Source: Alloascoidea hylecoeti (lineage: Eukaryota). From it: DNA of 64,000 bases. Below the pieces are notes generated by a model. That model made no database searches and was not told the origin of the DNA. It saw nothing but the letters and a program-made list of their open reading frames with translations. Positions 15,369 through 27,285 of the stretch are shown here, one piece after another (the first letter of the stretch is position 1; every line of letters starts with the position of its first letter). The DNA is taken from NCBI GenBank assembly GCA_001600815.1, contig BCKZ01000003.1, forward strand, positions 748,581 to 812,580, given 5' to 3'. Made by a program: the position numbers and the translations under genes.

Positions 15369-18300
15369 TAAGATGTATCTCTTACAACCAGACTTTTCAG
15401 TCATTGTCAATAGTCATAGAATATATTACTGCTTACGTGTGAGGACATTGAGGAGGCTCTCACATTTTGTATCTGCTGGCGGAAAAGTATGGTACCATGG
15501 TAACACTGACCAAACTGACCCTGTTTAATACTTCCTAGGTTGTAATTTATAATCGGTCACTTAATTATGCTCAAGTCCATATATTTGAGGTTAAATTATT
15601 TGATATCGATCTAGATATATTTACAACTACATGTATATAGCCTTTTACAAATTCGCCATGGCCAGAATGCGATTTTATAATCAAACTACTTGTATATATA
15701 TTGTGTGAAGTTATGATTGAGTTTTAGCCATGTGTACAATGAAACTTGCTCTACTGCTCTTAATTAAATTAAATTCACGATCATGATTTAGAAGATGCAA
15801 CAGCTTAATTACATACCAAATATATGAATAACTGTGCACGTGTATATTGAAAATTCGTGCAACTTCTAATTATAGCCTTAGTTTAACATTTCATTATAAT
15901 TTATTACATATCACTGATGAAGTATCTTTCAATGTGACCGTATACGCGTGTGATAACGATTGTCGCAAAGAGTTTGGAGGGAAGGAAAATAAGAACACTA
16001 GAAATCTGGTTTCAGACATCTATGAACAAACAAATAACAATTTACCAGTAAATATAAGCTATAAGGTTATATATTGTTAGACAATTCAATACAACCATCA
16101 CGACCAAGTTATTGTATCTTTTTATAGACATATAGGTGTATATTTCACATGAGACTAATATTATAATGATAATAATAACTGAAACCGAAGGATAAGGCCA
16201 AGTCCCTCCACAAAACATTAAACTGTTCTAAAAATGGCCCATAATATTAATATTCCGTAAACTCTAGAGATTATATAAAATAAAATTTTAAGTTCGGTGT
16301 TTAATTAGAGGTACGAACTACCCTTCCAAATTTCTCCCATATTCATGCTTTTTCAGAAGACCTATTAGGGTGTTCTTTGTAGTGGTTCCCAAAAAAAGCG
16401 TAACTTTAGGCTTGACCCGGCTGTATAAAATAACCTAATGAAATATATTCAACTTGTTTGATCTTTTGGGGAAAGGGGTTTGTACTATAGAGATATATAC
16501 TACATTCACTGCCTTATGATCGATTATAATCGATCTCAATTGACAAGAAAATCGCAATGGTAAGTGTTGTTTAAACTTATGGGAACAACATGCTAACAAA
16601 CTATGTCGTTATTATCGTGCGTCTAAATCTGATCCAGTTACCAGTAACAATAATAATGAGTGAAGTCAAAATAATTTGGTTAACTAACTTGTTGATTTCC
16701 TAACTAAAATCATCAATTTTAAAAGGCAATTCTTTTCCTTATACTTATCTGTTTAGGAATGTAAAAAGAGAAAAGGTCAATTCTAAGCTTTAGATTTATT
16801 TAAAACCATAGAATACCTCTAAAGCTACCATATAAATTTTACCAACTGTTTTATCAGGAAATAGTCATTACAAGTAATAGGTATAAGTTATAATATACTC
16901 AGACCATGCAACCAATAAGAAGGTGAAAGGAACGCTAATGAGCACTAGACTTGCCAAAAAAATATAGTTCCAAGCCTAATAGATAATGTATGTCAGCTCT
17001 TTCTTTCTTTTAATAAGAGTTAAAGGTTCGGATAATTTTAATGGCAATATCAATTAATATCCATATCCGCCCATTTTCACTTTCCAAAAAGAAATCTGCA
17101 CATATGCATGCTTATATATTATACCTTATATGCTTAACCCGCCTGTAATAATTATAAACAACAATATCACTAGTATACTGCAATAAGATAAAATTTTAAA
17201 TTTATAGTATAAGTTTTATGATCAGGCTCTCCTTCCGCACTGAATTTATTTTTCAAAATGTTATAATTATATATTCTGGAAATGGCTAAATTTAAACATT
17301 AAGTTTAGATATCCTAATATAATAAAAAAATTATATAAATTAAATATATTGTTAATAATCCCATTGCCATCTATTTAACATTTCGATTATATAAGTATAA
17401 TATATAAGCTTATAGTATAAAGTGTTCTTGATCAATTGTAGTATAAGAATACGCGCTATAATTCTATAGCTAGTGTGATTCCCTAGAGCGCTTATAATTT
17501 CAGTATTAATTCAAAACTTCAACTGTGTATAATTGTAAGCCTTAATTTTCATGAATATTTTTGAATAGTTAATTAATATAACGTTAACGATCCGGAGCTC
17601 GTAAATTTGAAGCTGCAATTTTCATATAATATTATTTATAAAATACAAACCAAACCACTTCATAATCAATTGCAACCTTAACCTCTTATTATTAAAAGCT
17701 TTAAGTTTATAAAAATTAAAAGATATTAATTATCGCGATCATGTTTTTTTGCAAAATTTCAATTGAAGAATAAGAAACAGAACATAATGCAGTATCCTTT
17801 TAGCATTTATAATAATAATAATAAAATTGCAACATAATTATAAGCATGGATAAGTATTTACATATTCTACTTAAGTTGCAAATGGAATGCTGTTGCAACA
17901 GCAACTATGTTGATTATAAAGCTCTATTTCTTAATTGGAGATTGGGTATCGTCTCATCGCAAAAAATTCGAAGAAGAACCTTTACACATATACATGTACA
18001 TTGTTTCCACTTAATTTTGTCCACGCGATGTACTAAATACTAAGTCACTTCTTGAACTAAATATTCGCCCAGGTCGTGCCAGCTTCAGAACAATAGAATC
18101 TACAGAACCAACAGGTTCTTATAAACGGCAACAAAACAATATTAGGTAAATTATGTAGAAACACCGTATAGGTATAGGATATCTTTGTTTTCTTCTCTTG
18201 TAGAAAATAAAAGAAGGGCATCTGTAGAACACAAAAAAGAGAAAAAACATATATATGCTACCTAGATATGTACAATTATCAGAAAATAGATAATAATATA

Positions 18301-18407
18301 TACAGTACTGGTAACAATTCAAATAAAATTATGCAACATTACTTTTCTAATTCAAATATTTTACAAATCAAAAAATGTGAAAAAAAGTATAGGCCATTAA
18401 TATTATT

Positions 18408-19409
18408 TTAAAACTCCACAAATCTATTTGGAAAAAATTCGTCAATTAACGTCATATAATAGGGCGTTAAGGACTCCATATCATAAATTTCATCTCCTTT
18501 AGAATACAAATCGTAAGGATTGAAAGCTTGCACGGCTATTAACATTTCTTCATCATGCTTATTCATTAAGTGTCGGTATGCCCCTTCTCGGTGCCATGGG
18601 TAAAAAGAGTGGTATCTAATCATAGCCAAAGCTTCAGCGGGCAAAGTAGACTGTGATTTTGCAATATGATACATATACTCATCATGACCCCATGACAGCA
18701 TCACATTATCTAGACCACAATGAGGTGAATATATACCATATTCAGTTGAGTATATGGGATGGTAGAAATCTGGATTCTTGTCAAATGTATCTTCATAAAA
18801 AATAATTTTGTCACTGAATTTGCAACCAACTGCAAATGTATCCCCAACAACATCCCACTGACCTTGAGCATTAAAGAAATAAAGTAGTTTCCCCAAATCA
18901 TGGATCAGACCAACTAAAATCATCCATCTAGGCTTTCCATCTCTTCTTATTGCTTCCGCTGTTTGTAAAGCATGCTCGATTTGGGAAAGTTCTGTATCAG
19001 GATCCGATTGATCGATCAAATTTGATAATTTAATCAAAGCATCCCAGATTCTCAGTTTTGCTCTGACTTTTGTTTTGAAGTTAACCCTAGCCTGAATATT
19101 ATAGGCAACGGTTTGATTTTGATGTTGTATACGATAAAACTTTTTGACTCTATCGCACGCTTCTTCGTATTGTCTAAATGCTGATTTATCGATGCCTGAA
19201 TAAATATCTGTAGCTTCATTCCACTCGTGTACTGTTTTGTTACGTCCAGAAGTATTTGTGGGTATAGTCGAGGTGGTAGTACTCGCTATGGCAGAAAACT
19301 GTTCTGCTGGCCCCATTTTTGCCCTAAGATAGTGAACATGTTCGACACCCTCATCTATGTTGTCCAGCAGATGGCCTTCGTCTGTCCGAATCAGCTTGGG
19401 ATCACTCAT
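18408..19409 (-). CDS. MIOX: myo-inositol oxygenase
   Basis: Motifs FRQYEEA, DQSDPDT..SQIEHALQTAEAIR, GLIHDLGK, QWDVVGDTF, SWGHDEYMY, IRYHSFYPWH, DLYSK. Confidence 0.95.
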   Translation of the reverse strand: MSDPKLIRTDEGHLLDNIDEGVEHVHYLRAKMGPAEQFSAIASTTTSTIPTNTSGRNKTVHEWNEATDIYSGIDKSAFRQYEEACDRVKKFYRIQHQNQTVAYNIQARVNFKTKVRAKLRIWDALIKLSNLIDQSDPDTELSQIEHALQTAEAIRRDGKPRWMILVGLIHDLGKLLYFFNAQGQWDVVGDTFAVGCKFSDKIIFYEDTFDKNPDFYHPIYSTEYGIYSPHCGLDNVMLSWGHDEYMYHIAKSQSTLPAEALAMIRYHSFYPWHREGAYRHLMNKHDEEMLIAVQAFNPYDLYSKGDEIYDMESLTPYYMTLIDEFFPNRFVEF

Positions 19410-19524
19410 AATCGCTTAGGTATTTTTTTTATGTACTTGGATCTAATTTGAGAAAAAAGATAATAGGTCACGTGTTTCACAGCAACACGATTAAAATCTA
19501 CCTGATTATATAAGTTTTTATACA

Positions 19525-21600
19525 CTATTTAGCATAATTATCTATAGGTGGGTAATTAACAACCTCAGGTTCACTGCTGCTTGCTTCATCTAGAACGGGT
19601 GGTCGCCTAAACCCTTCAAATTTCTCTCCGTGAGCCTTACTTATGGCCCATAGGACACAATATCTAAGAGCTAGAATAATAAAACCAGCAAGGATTCCTC
19701 CAAAAGGTGCAATGACAAATGCTCCAAAAGCACTCCAATCATCAACGTAGAGACCATTCCAAAGTAGTAGTAACCGTCCTCCATCTCTAGCATTACCTAG
19801 ATATATAGTTCCAAAAATGAAAACCCCTAATAGACCTCCTAAGCCACCACCAACAACTTCCCAGCCCGTTAAGAACCAAAATTTATCCGAAAGGCCTAAG
19901 AACAAAATAGGTATAACTGAAGAAGAAACCAAATCTGCAATCAAGTAAATTTGTAAAATATCTGCTCCTCTCAAGGCAACAACTATAACTGGAACCATAA
20001 CGATAAGAACAACAACTCTAATATAAATTATGGGAAGTTTGTTTCTGCATAAATCGTTAGACAATGTTGAAACCATTGCGGATTGTAAGGAATCAAATGT
20101 TGCAGTTGATAAAACTACACAAAACACCAAAACAAATCCAACTACCCAACCAGGCATAGTTTTTAAAATGATGAAAAATGAGTTAGCAGCATCATCTGAA
20201 CGTGCCTCCAAATAACCACCCCAAACTGCTAAAAGACCAGTGAATCCCGTGAGAAATAAAAAGACAAAAATAACAACCGATGCAATTGAAGTACCGATTA
20301 ACAAATCCTTATCTGTTCTTGATGCAAAGGTTCTCAACCAAAATCCAGACAAAAAACAGTCATTAGTAGCAATAGCAACCAATAAAATATAAATCAACTG
20401 GCCACCTAATTTGTTGGATTTTAAGTACCCAGAATTTTCGATTAGGTCATGATCAACATCAATCTTGGTACCCATCGCACATGAACAAATGATTAATAAT
20501 AATAAAACCATAACTCCTTGTATATTATCAGTGATAAAACTAACTTTAAAGCCACCAATACATGTATAGATACTAGTAACAATACACTCAATAACAAGTA
20601 CTGGCGTTGCTGAAACTCCAGTCAAGCTTTGAATACATGATTGCATGGCAGTTAATTCGCCAACCATATATAAATACATGGTTAAAATGGTAAAAGCTGA
20701 TAAATATAATCCAGTGACGACACCAAATCTTTGGAATACCCATTCTGTTAATACAAATCCATCAGGACATTTTTTCCTTATGAGTGGTCCCAAAAATGCA
20801 AAAATCATGATAGGTAAGGCAGAGGTTATATTATAAACCAATAAGCCTTCCAATCCCGCAATTCCTGCGATTTCAGGATATGTTGTTAAAATTCCAACTC
20901 CCATTGCTATAAGTATTGGTTAGTTCATGTTCACAACTTACAAATAGTTTTATAATTGAAATAAGACAAGATAGCAGCTTGGTTTCCTCACGCAAGTATT
21001 AACTTGATCGAGTTAAATACGGTATGATCTCAGCAGATAACTTTGTTAGGTTAAAAGCACCCGTACCAGCTACTGAAATAGTAGGTAATATATAGAACCA
21101 GAGATTGCTGCCTAGTTAGGTGATTCTACTCTCTTATACATTTATGAAGGAAACGAGTTTGCATATCCGACCTATTTTTCGTTAATAAACAAATTACAAA
21201 AACCAAGTAAACGCACCCGAAGCAATGAAATTCAAAGATAATGGAATAGCTATTGGTGTTAGCTTGATCCTATTGAAACAAAAACAAAGTCCTTATTTAT
21301 TCATTGTTCATACCCTTTTGCGTCTTATTTGAGGATAAGAATGTATCATTTGATTGTTTCCATATTGCGATACCGACACACACAACACTAAAACAGATTT
21401 ATTTATTAGTCATGTTCATCATCATTCTTATTGATTAAGAATCCACATCGAGGAGGGAGTATGCTCCTTGTGTAGGTTTAGAACCAAAGATTAGTTCCTT
21501 GTTCGATTGGCACAAGCCACCATAGGTTCTGTACTTACAGTATGATTGAGTAAGTGGTATAAATTATAGCATTAGATGCTGGATTTGATAATTCACCCAT
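19525..21600 (-). CDS. DUR31: Dur31-family sodium:solute symporter (thiamine transporter); exons 21600-21539, 21387-21314, 21249-21217, 20906-19525 (516 aa)
   Basis: Spliced N-terminus MGELSNPASNAIIYTTY..FLSSNKTQKAIPLSLNFIASAMGVGILTTYPEIA. Many TM segments. Motifs GGFKVSFITDNIQG and FLSGFWLRTFAS. All three introns keep the frame, and intron 3 carries a TPP aptamer. Confidence 0.9.
20975..21072 (-). ncRNA. TPP (thiamine pyrophosphate) riboswitch aptamer in DUR31 intron 3
   Basis: Minus strand reads tagctggTACGGgtgc..gcTGAGAtcataCCGTAtttaaCTCgatCAAGTtaatACTTGcgtGAGgaaaccaagctg. It shows P1, P2 (TACGG/CCGTA), the invariant CUGAGA, P4 (CTC/GAG), P5 (CAAGT/ACTTG, UAAU loop) and the GCG junction. 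Confidence 0.95.
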
Positions 21601-24600
21601 TTTTGTTTGAAGATCCGCGAGGAAAAAGTAAGAAGAATAAAATTTTTTCTTATTGAATAACTCTGTTATGGTGTAATAAGATCAGGTAAGCATGCATATG
21701 CCATAATTGGATCGGTAGTCATCAGACTCACCAATTAGGCTAATTAAATATTATTTTGACACTAAAAAACTCTCCATTACAGCGTTAACTTCAAACCTTT
21801 GTGTATACACATGCTCTGTTATAACTAAAAGTCTGAAATATACATATAGTTTTCATTTCATACATAAAACTCGTTTTTGTGACAGACATCAAAGCAATCA
21901 ATTAAAACCTTAAATTAAATTCTACCCCAAAGAATAGATCACCCCGAAACTTAAAAAGGATATATCTAATTTTACCTATTTATGAATTCAAAATAGTTTA
22001 GAAAGTAATGATGGTGATTTAATTCCGTTCTATTGTCTTGAAATAGCATAATTGAATCATCTGATCTACTATTACAGTAATTGCCTATTCTATATCTGTG
22101 CTCTTACTCTGCTCCATGAACGGGATCACTGTATAAATTCTCTTACTTATTCAACACCAAATGGCTTTGGCAATGAACATTTTATATATGGTAGCTTGTT
22201 ACTTAACTATAACTATAAGATTACAATATTGATTATGATTAACGATGTTTCGGTTATAATTAATTATGAGGTATTAAATATAATTATATCAATTGAAAGG
22301 AATGTTTAGTTTAGTATCTAAAGTTAAGTGCGACTAGATTCTTGTGGATCAAAATAACCTATTTTTAGCTTTTGTCAGGTAATAGTTTCTGACACTTTAT
22401 GACCTTACAGCTATAGTGAGATATTATCTTATATGAAGACTAAAAAAAAATACTAGGATAACTTGAAACTTTCAATTGCAATTGCCAAAAGGTATACATC
22501 TTTAGCGCGGTATATTGATTAAAATTAAACTTAAGGTGGTGGTATAAAGATTTATAATTATAATCAACTTCTAGAAATATAGTATATAAACGTATACATA
22601 TACGATTATAATCTGTTATAACAGTCTTGCAGCGGTTATAACTTATAATTATTTGTAACTAAAGCTTATGTAGTTTAAGCTGTTAATGCATTAGAATTAC
22701 CATTCAGTGACATTCACAGATCTATGTTGGTACCTGATATTCATTATGTTTCATTGGATTCAGTAGATATTATCAAATAATTAAAGCTCTGGAAGAGATA
22801 TACGGTATCACAACCGAGAATATATATAATCCCAACGGATATGTCTCAGTGTTTTGAAAGTCTAGCTATACCATTTACGTCTCAATTTATAATTAATTAT
22901 AAAAATGGAAATCTAGATGTCAATTATATAAGACTGCAATGATCATGTCCATTGTCCAATAAGTTCTGAAGTATAGGTTGTTTTATGACTTAAAACTCTG
23001 CTCAACCTTGATCTGAATAACATCATGCTTATGAATAGCTATAAAATCAATAAACATTTATATACAATTTTATATATATGATCCATGTTGTAGGAGATAT
23101 CTGGAGAATACATATTGAAATTGACTTATAGTCAAGGTTAATCTGTCATGTGAAAAATTTAAGAGAGGAATGCAAAAGTTATAACACAATTATAACATCT
23201 TTTTAAAATTATTAATAAAATTTAGACTTTACTAGATCAAATATTAAACTATACAATGCTAAGACGTTCAACACTTCTGTGGCCTCTAATTTCATATTGG
23301 AAACAAGGAAAAAGGACTATTTTAAGAAATTTTCGATCGTGTAACATATTTACGTTTCCTTACAACTTTTAAATGATCAGAATTAAAACATGGGAACTAA
23401 GAAACCGTTTTAATACCCCTAAAAGCCAGTCATTCCAAAAGAATTATTTGATTACATATATACATATGAATGTGTAAAAATGAAGATCATGTTTCTTTCC
23501 AAAGTTTTTCATAAACTAAAAGTCGTTAATTTATTAAATACCATAGTTTATTAATTATCACTGCATTGGAATTGAAACAAACTGATATACCAATAGAAAT
23601 TGTGAAGATTCAGAAACCAAACCCAGCATATTGTATTAGTGGATATATCGAAGTATGATCAAGATATATATGGTTTATAGATGATGTTTTAGACAAATCT
23701 TTAAATTGTTACCAAATGAAGCTTACAACGTCTGTTTCGTGTGTGCTAGCCGAGTATTGTAGATGACTAAACTAAATGTGAGTACTTCTACTTGTGGAAT
23801 TTTGAAACTTAAGTATTACCACGGCAGATAAATGTATGTATAAGCATATAATTAGTGTCGCGCCATTCATATGATTCCCTGATTGCAATTGGGAGATGCG
23901 GTCAAGAGAATGTATAATAACCCTGGTTAATGTGTTCAAATGTAACGGACTCTATTAAAAGCTAACTAGTCATGAACATGAAGTTTTCTCAATAACTGTA
24001 GTTGTATAGAAATGCAATAATGCAACAGAAAACTTATAATATGTTGAGATTTCGAGTATCCACAATAACCCATTATAATTATTAATTACAATATTTTGTG
24101 TTAAGTTACTATGAACCTCGACCGATCGCGAGCAAGCTTAAGATTAATAGCATTGGCATTGATCGACACATAATGGATACATGGATGGAATACTCAGCGC
24201 CTAGGCCTATGTATACAATAGCAATGGGGATATTCTTAAACAGAATGAAGTTGTGTTGTTAATTTTGGATAACACAGGTTAAATCTTCAATACCGATATA
24301 TCCCCATTGATGATAATAGTAAAATATATTAACTATGTATACGTATGTTTATAGCACTAGCATAACATATACCTATATATATCAGTTATATGTTAAATGT
24401 TATGTATAATATTGATATTATTGATTTTGTGTATTGTGAAATAATCGTCAGATGTATTTAAATCATAGAAAACGTTTAACCTTTAATTTATCGAGTGAGC
24501 AACATAACGATAACATCGCAAATCAGAAGAACCTTATAAGATTTATATTTGGCCGGGCGGGACCATTGACGAGGGTGATTGCTAAATATATTGTTGGCTT

Positions 24601-25203
24601 TCTTTGCCCATATTAGGATGGAATTACATAATTCTGCCCGAGCGTTCTCATTGTTACTTAGAAACATTTACTTCTGCAGTCTGGCGAAAACAGTTCTCAA
24701 CGGATATTAAGTTGGATGTTAAAAAATTTAAAAATTCTCTCTTCTTCCATCACTCGATCACCAATTTCGATCAACTTTAATCAATTGCCCCCTTTTTGTC
24801 CCATTATCTGCTTTTTATTGGATATCCTGGGTCGATAAAACTTTGCACTTATTTTTTTTAAACACGTTTGGATTTTTTTGGACTAAAAAAATGTTGTTAT
24901 AGAATTTTGGTGATTCATCATCATAAGAAAAACTCTTAATACTCTTCAATTATATCTCTCTAAAAAGTTAAATTAGTGTGATATACTCATCTGGTTTTTA
25001 TATTTTGTCGTTGGTTATAGTCGTCTCTTATCTCCGAACTTGAACTTTTGTCGTGTGACCTGAAAAAAAAAATTGAACATAAGGCTCGCCGATTTTTTAT
25101 ATATTATTAATTTTGGTATATCTTTCATATCAAAAAAGGAAGACACCAATAAGACTGCTCCGATAATTTCCTAATTTATAAATACCTTCTCAACACATTA
25201 GGT

Positions 25204-27285
25204 ATGGTTGATATTGACGGTACTCCGAATAATTTCTCTTCTATGGCATCATCATCTTCACATTATTCCCATAATGTCGAAAGCACATTAAATCCTCCTT
25301 CTGGATACACTTCGCCTGACAAACAGACCATGCTGAAAAGTACGTCGGGTGATTCGGTCTCCAAGGGCAATAGCTCGTCGAGAACCCGAAATCGAATGCA
25401 GGCTTCACACCGTCCCACCAAACCAACCATCAATGACTCACCAGAACTTGTCAGCTTAGTGTATAAATATATCGAAGAGAGAAATATCGACGGACTAGCT
25501 TTGATTGCCAGCCAACGTGGCTTACCGCATCATTTGCGACAGCTTGTTTGGCCATTATTACTTATCGATCATCCTTTTGTTAAAAAGCCCTACATCAGTC
25601 CGAAAACGACAGCTGACAGCTTCCAAGACGAGGAACAACACACTTTAAGCTTCAAAAAAATCAGAACTGATCTCGATAGGTACAGAAAGCATTCCCATCG
25701 TCATACGAAGCATAATCAAAGTAAACACAATTCGAATAACGCTGAACATCCTAGCATAGAAAATAATAATGAAGATCACCAATACTATACGCATGACAAG
25801 ATATCAACGGTCCCAACGCTGGAAGATCAAATGTTTCACGCAATCGAAGAAGCAATAATTCGTTTCTTAAGAAAATGGGGCGAACTTGCTCCATACGAAA
25901 CCGGCATGGCCTGGACAGCACTTGGCCTTGCTGAATGGATTCCACCTGTTCCATACACAAATTATGTACTGAATGGTAGAGCAAGAACAGCTACCGGAAG
26001 CTTTAATTATCAACAACAAGAGGAATTTGATTCAGTAACCGATTCAATTACAACGACCACGGGCCCCGCTTATCATAACACCTTCAGTGAAATAAATACT
26101 CCCTCATCACCAAGCCTCTCGAGTTCGGTTGAGTCTAGTTCCGAAGCTTCCACTCCTTTATTGAATGGTTGTGAATTTTTTGGCGATGCATTAGACTGCA
26201 CTCAAACATATTTGAAACGTAAACCTGAATTGAAGTTTTATGAGGCATTTGAACGATTAATGCTTGTGTTATTACATTCACCTGAAAATCTTGAAGAAGA
26301 GGAGGAAGAAGAAAATGAAAATGAAAATGAGCATGAGATTGTCAATGAAAACGAACATGAGCATGAACATGAACATGAACATGGAAAAGAAAATAAAAAC
26401 GAACATGAAAGTAAAAGTAATCAAAAACATAAAACTGAAAAGGAAAAGAAAGACACTAATAATAAAAAACAAAAGTCCAAAAGGTATAGTAATAGTAGCG
26501 ATAATGATGACTTGCCATTATTAAGCGGAGAACCTTTTTCAGATAGAATATCAATCTTTCTTTATACTTTTAGAAAGCAATTACCTGAATTAGATAGATA
26601 CTTTTATGAAGAAGATGTTTTATCCTCTTCTGGGGGTGATGAGTGGTTATTATGGTGGATCAAATGGATTGGCGCTAAAGTGTGGAGTAAATATGATCGT
26701 GGTAGAATATGGGATATCTATTTAGGGTATCGAGAAACTGTTCCAATAATTAAAGAAATTGGTTCAAAGCCCGAAAAATTTACAAACGAAGAAAACGAAG
26801 ATAATGGCGATCAACCAGTTCTGTATTTGGAACAATCACAGATAAAAGAATTGGGTGGTGATTCATTTTGGAGTCCTATGGATTTTGATCCAACTGATGA
26901 GGAAACTGCTTTCAGGAAAAGTAGTATTCTTTCTTTATTTTCACCCTCGAAGAAAAACAACGCTCCAATTGAACCATATATTAAGCATATTTTTATTTGC
27001 TTAGCTATGCTGAAGTCGAAAGAAGTTACATTGCTAGAGCTTGATCAAAGTGAAATTCGTGAGTATTTGAGTAGGGTATCTACATTGAGATCACATTCAA
27101 CTTCACAATATGTTTCTACCTTAAATCTAAGTAAAATGCCATCCAATTCAACATCAACTTCGGCCGATGAAGGATCTATGACAGCTCTTAAACCACCTAT
27201 TAGTGATGTTGAAAATATCGTGTTGGAAGGAGGAGAATTATGGCGAGCATGGTTATGGTCTGAAATGGTTGAAGATGATAGTTAA
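25204..27285 (+). CDS. OCA5: Oca5-like protein (degenerate TBC/Rab-GAP-like fold) with an acidic E/N/H insert
   Basis: Motifs LALIASQRGLPHHLRQLVWPLLL..HPFV, FLRKWG..YETGMAW.ALGLAEW, GGDEWLLWWIKW, RGRIWDIYLGYR, LLELDQSEIREYL, GELWRAW. Confidence 0.75.
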   Translation: MVDIDGTPNNFSSMASSSSHYSHNVESTLNPPSGYTSPDKQTMLKSTSGDSVSKGNSSSRTRNRMQASHRPTKPTINDSPELVSLVYKYIEERNIDGLALIASQRGLPHHLRQLVWPLLLIDHPFVKKPYISPKTTADSFQDEEQHTLSFKKIRTDLDRYRKHSHRHTKHNQSKHNSNNAEHPSIENNNEDHQYYTHDKISTVPTLEDQMFHAIEEAIIRFLRKWGELAPYETGMAWTALGLAEWIPPVPYTNYVLNGRARTATGSFNYQQQEEFDSVTDSITTTTGPAYHNTFSEINTPSSPSLSSSVESSSEASTPLLNGCEFFGDALDCTQTYLKRKPELKFYEAFERLMLVLLHSPENLEEEEEEENENENEHEIVNENEHEHEHEHEHGKENKNEHESKSNQKHKTEKEKKDTNNKKQKSKRYSNSSDNDDLPLLSGEPFSDRISIFLYTFRKQLPELDRYFYEEDVLSSSGGDEWLLWWIKWIGAKVWSKYDRGRIWDIYLGYRETVPIIKEIGSKPEKFTNEENEDNGDQPVLYLEQSQIKELGGDSFWSPMDFDPTDEETAFRKSSILSLFSPSKKNNAPIEPYIKHIFICLAMLKSKEVTLLELDQSEIREYLSRVSTLRSHSTSQYVSTLNLSKMPSNSTSTSADEGSMTALKPPISDVENIVLEGGELWRAWLWSEMVEDDS

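Noticed and set aside
24608..24617. CCATATTAGG Mcm1/CArG box upstream of OCA5
   Set aside because: Single 10-mer with no supporting context.
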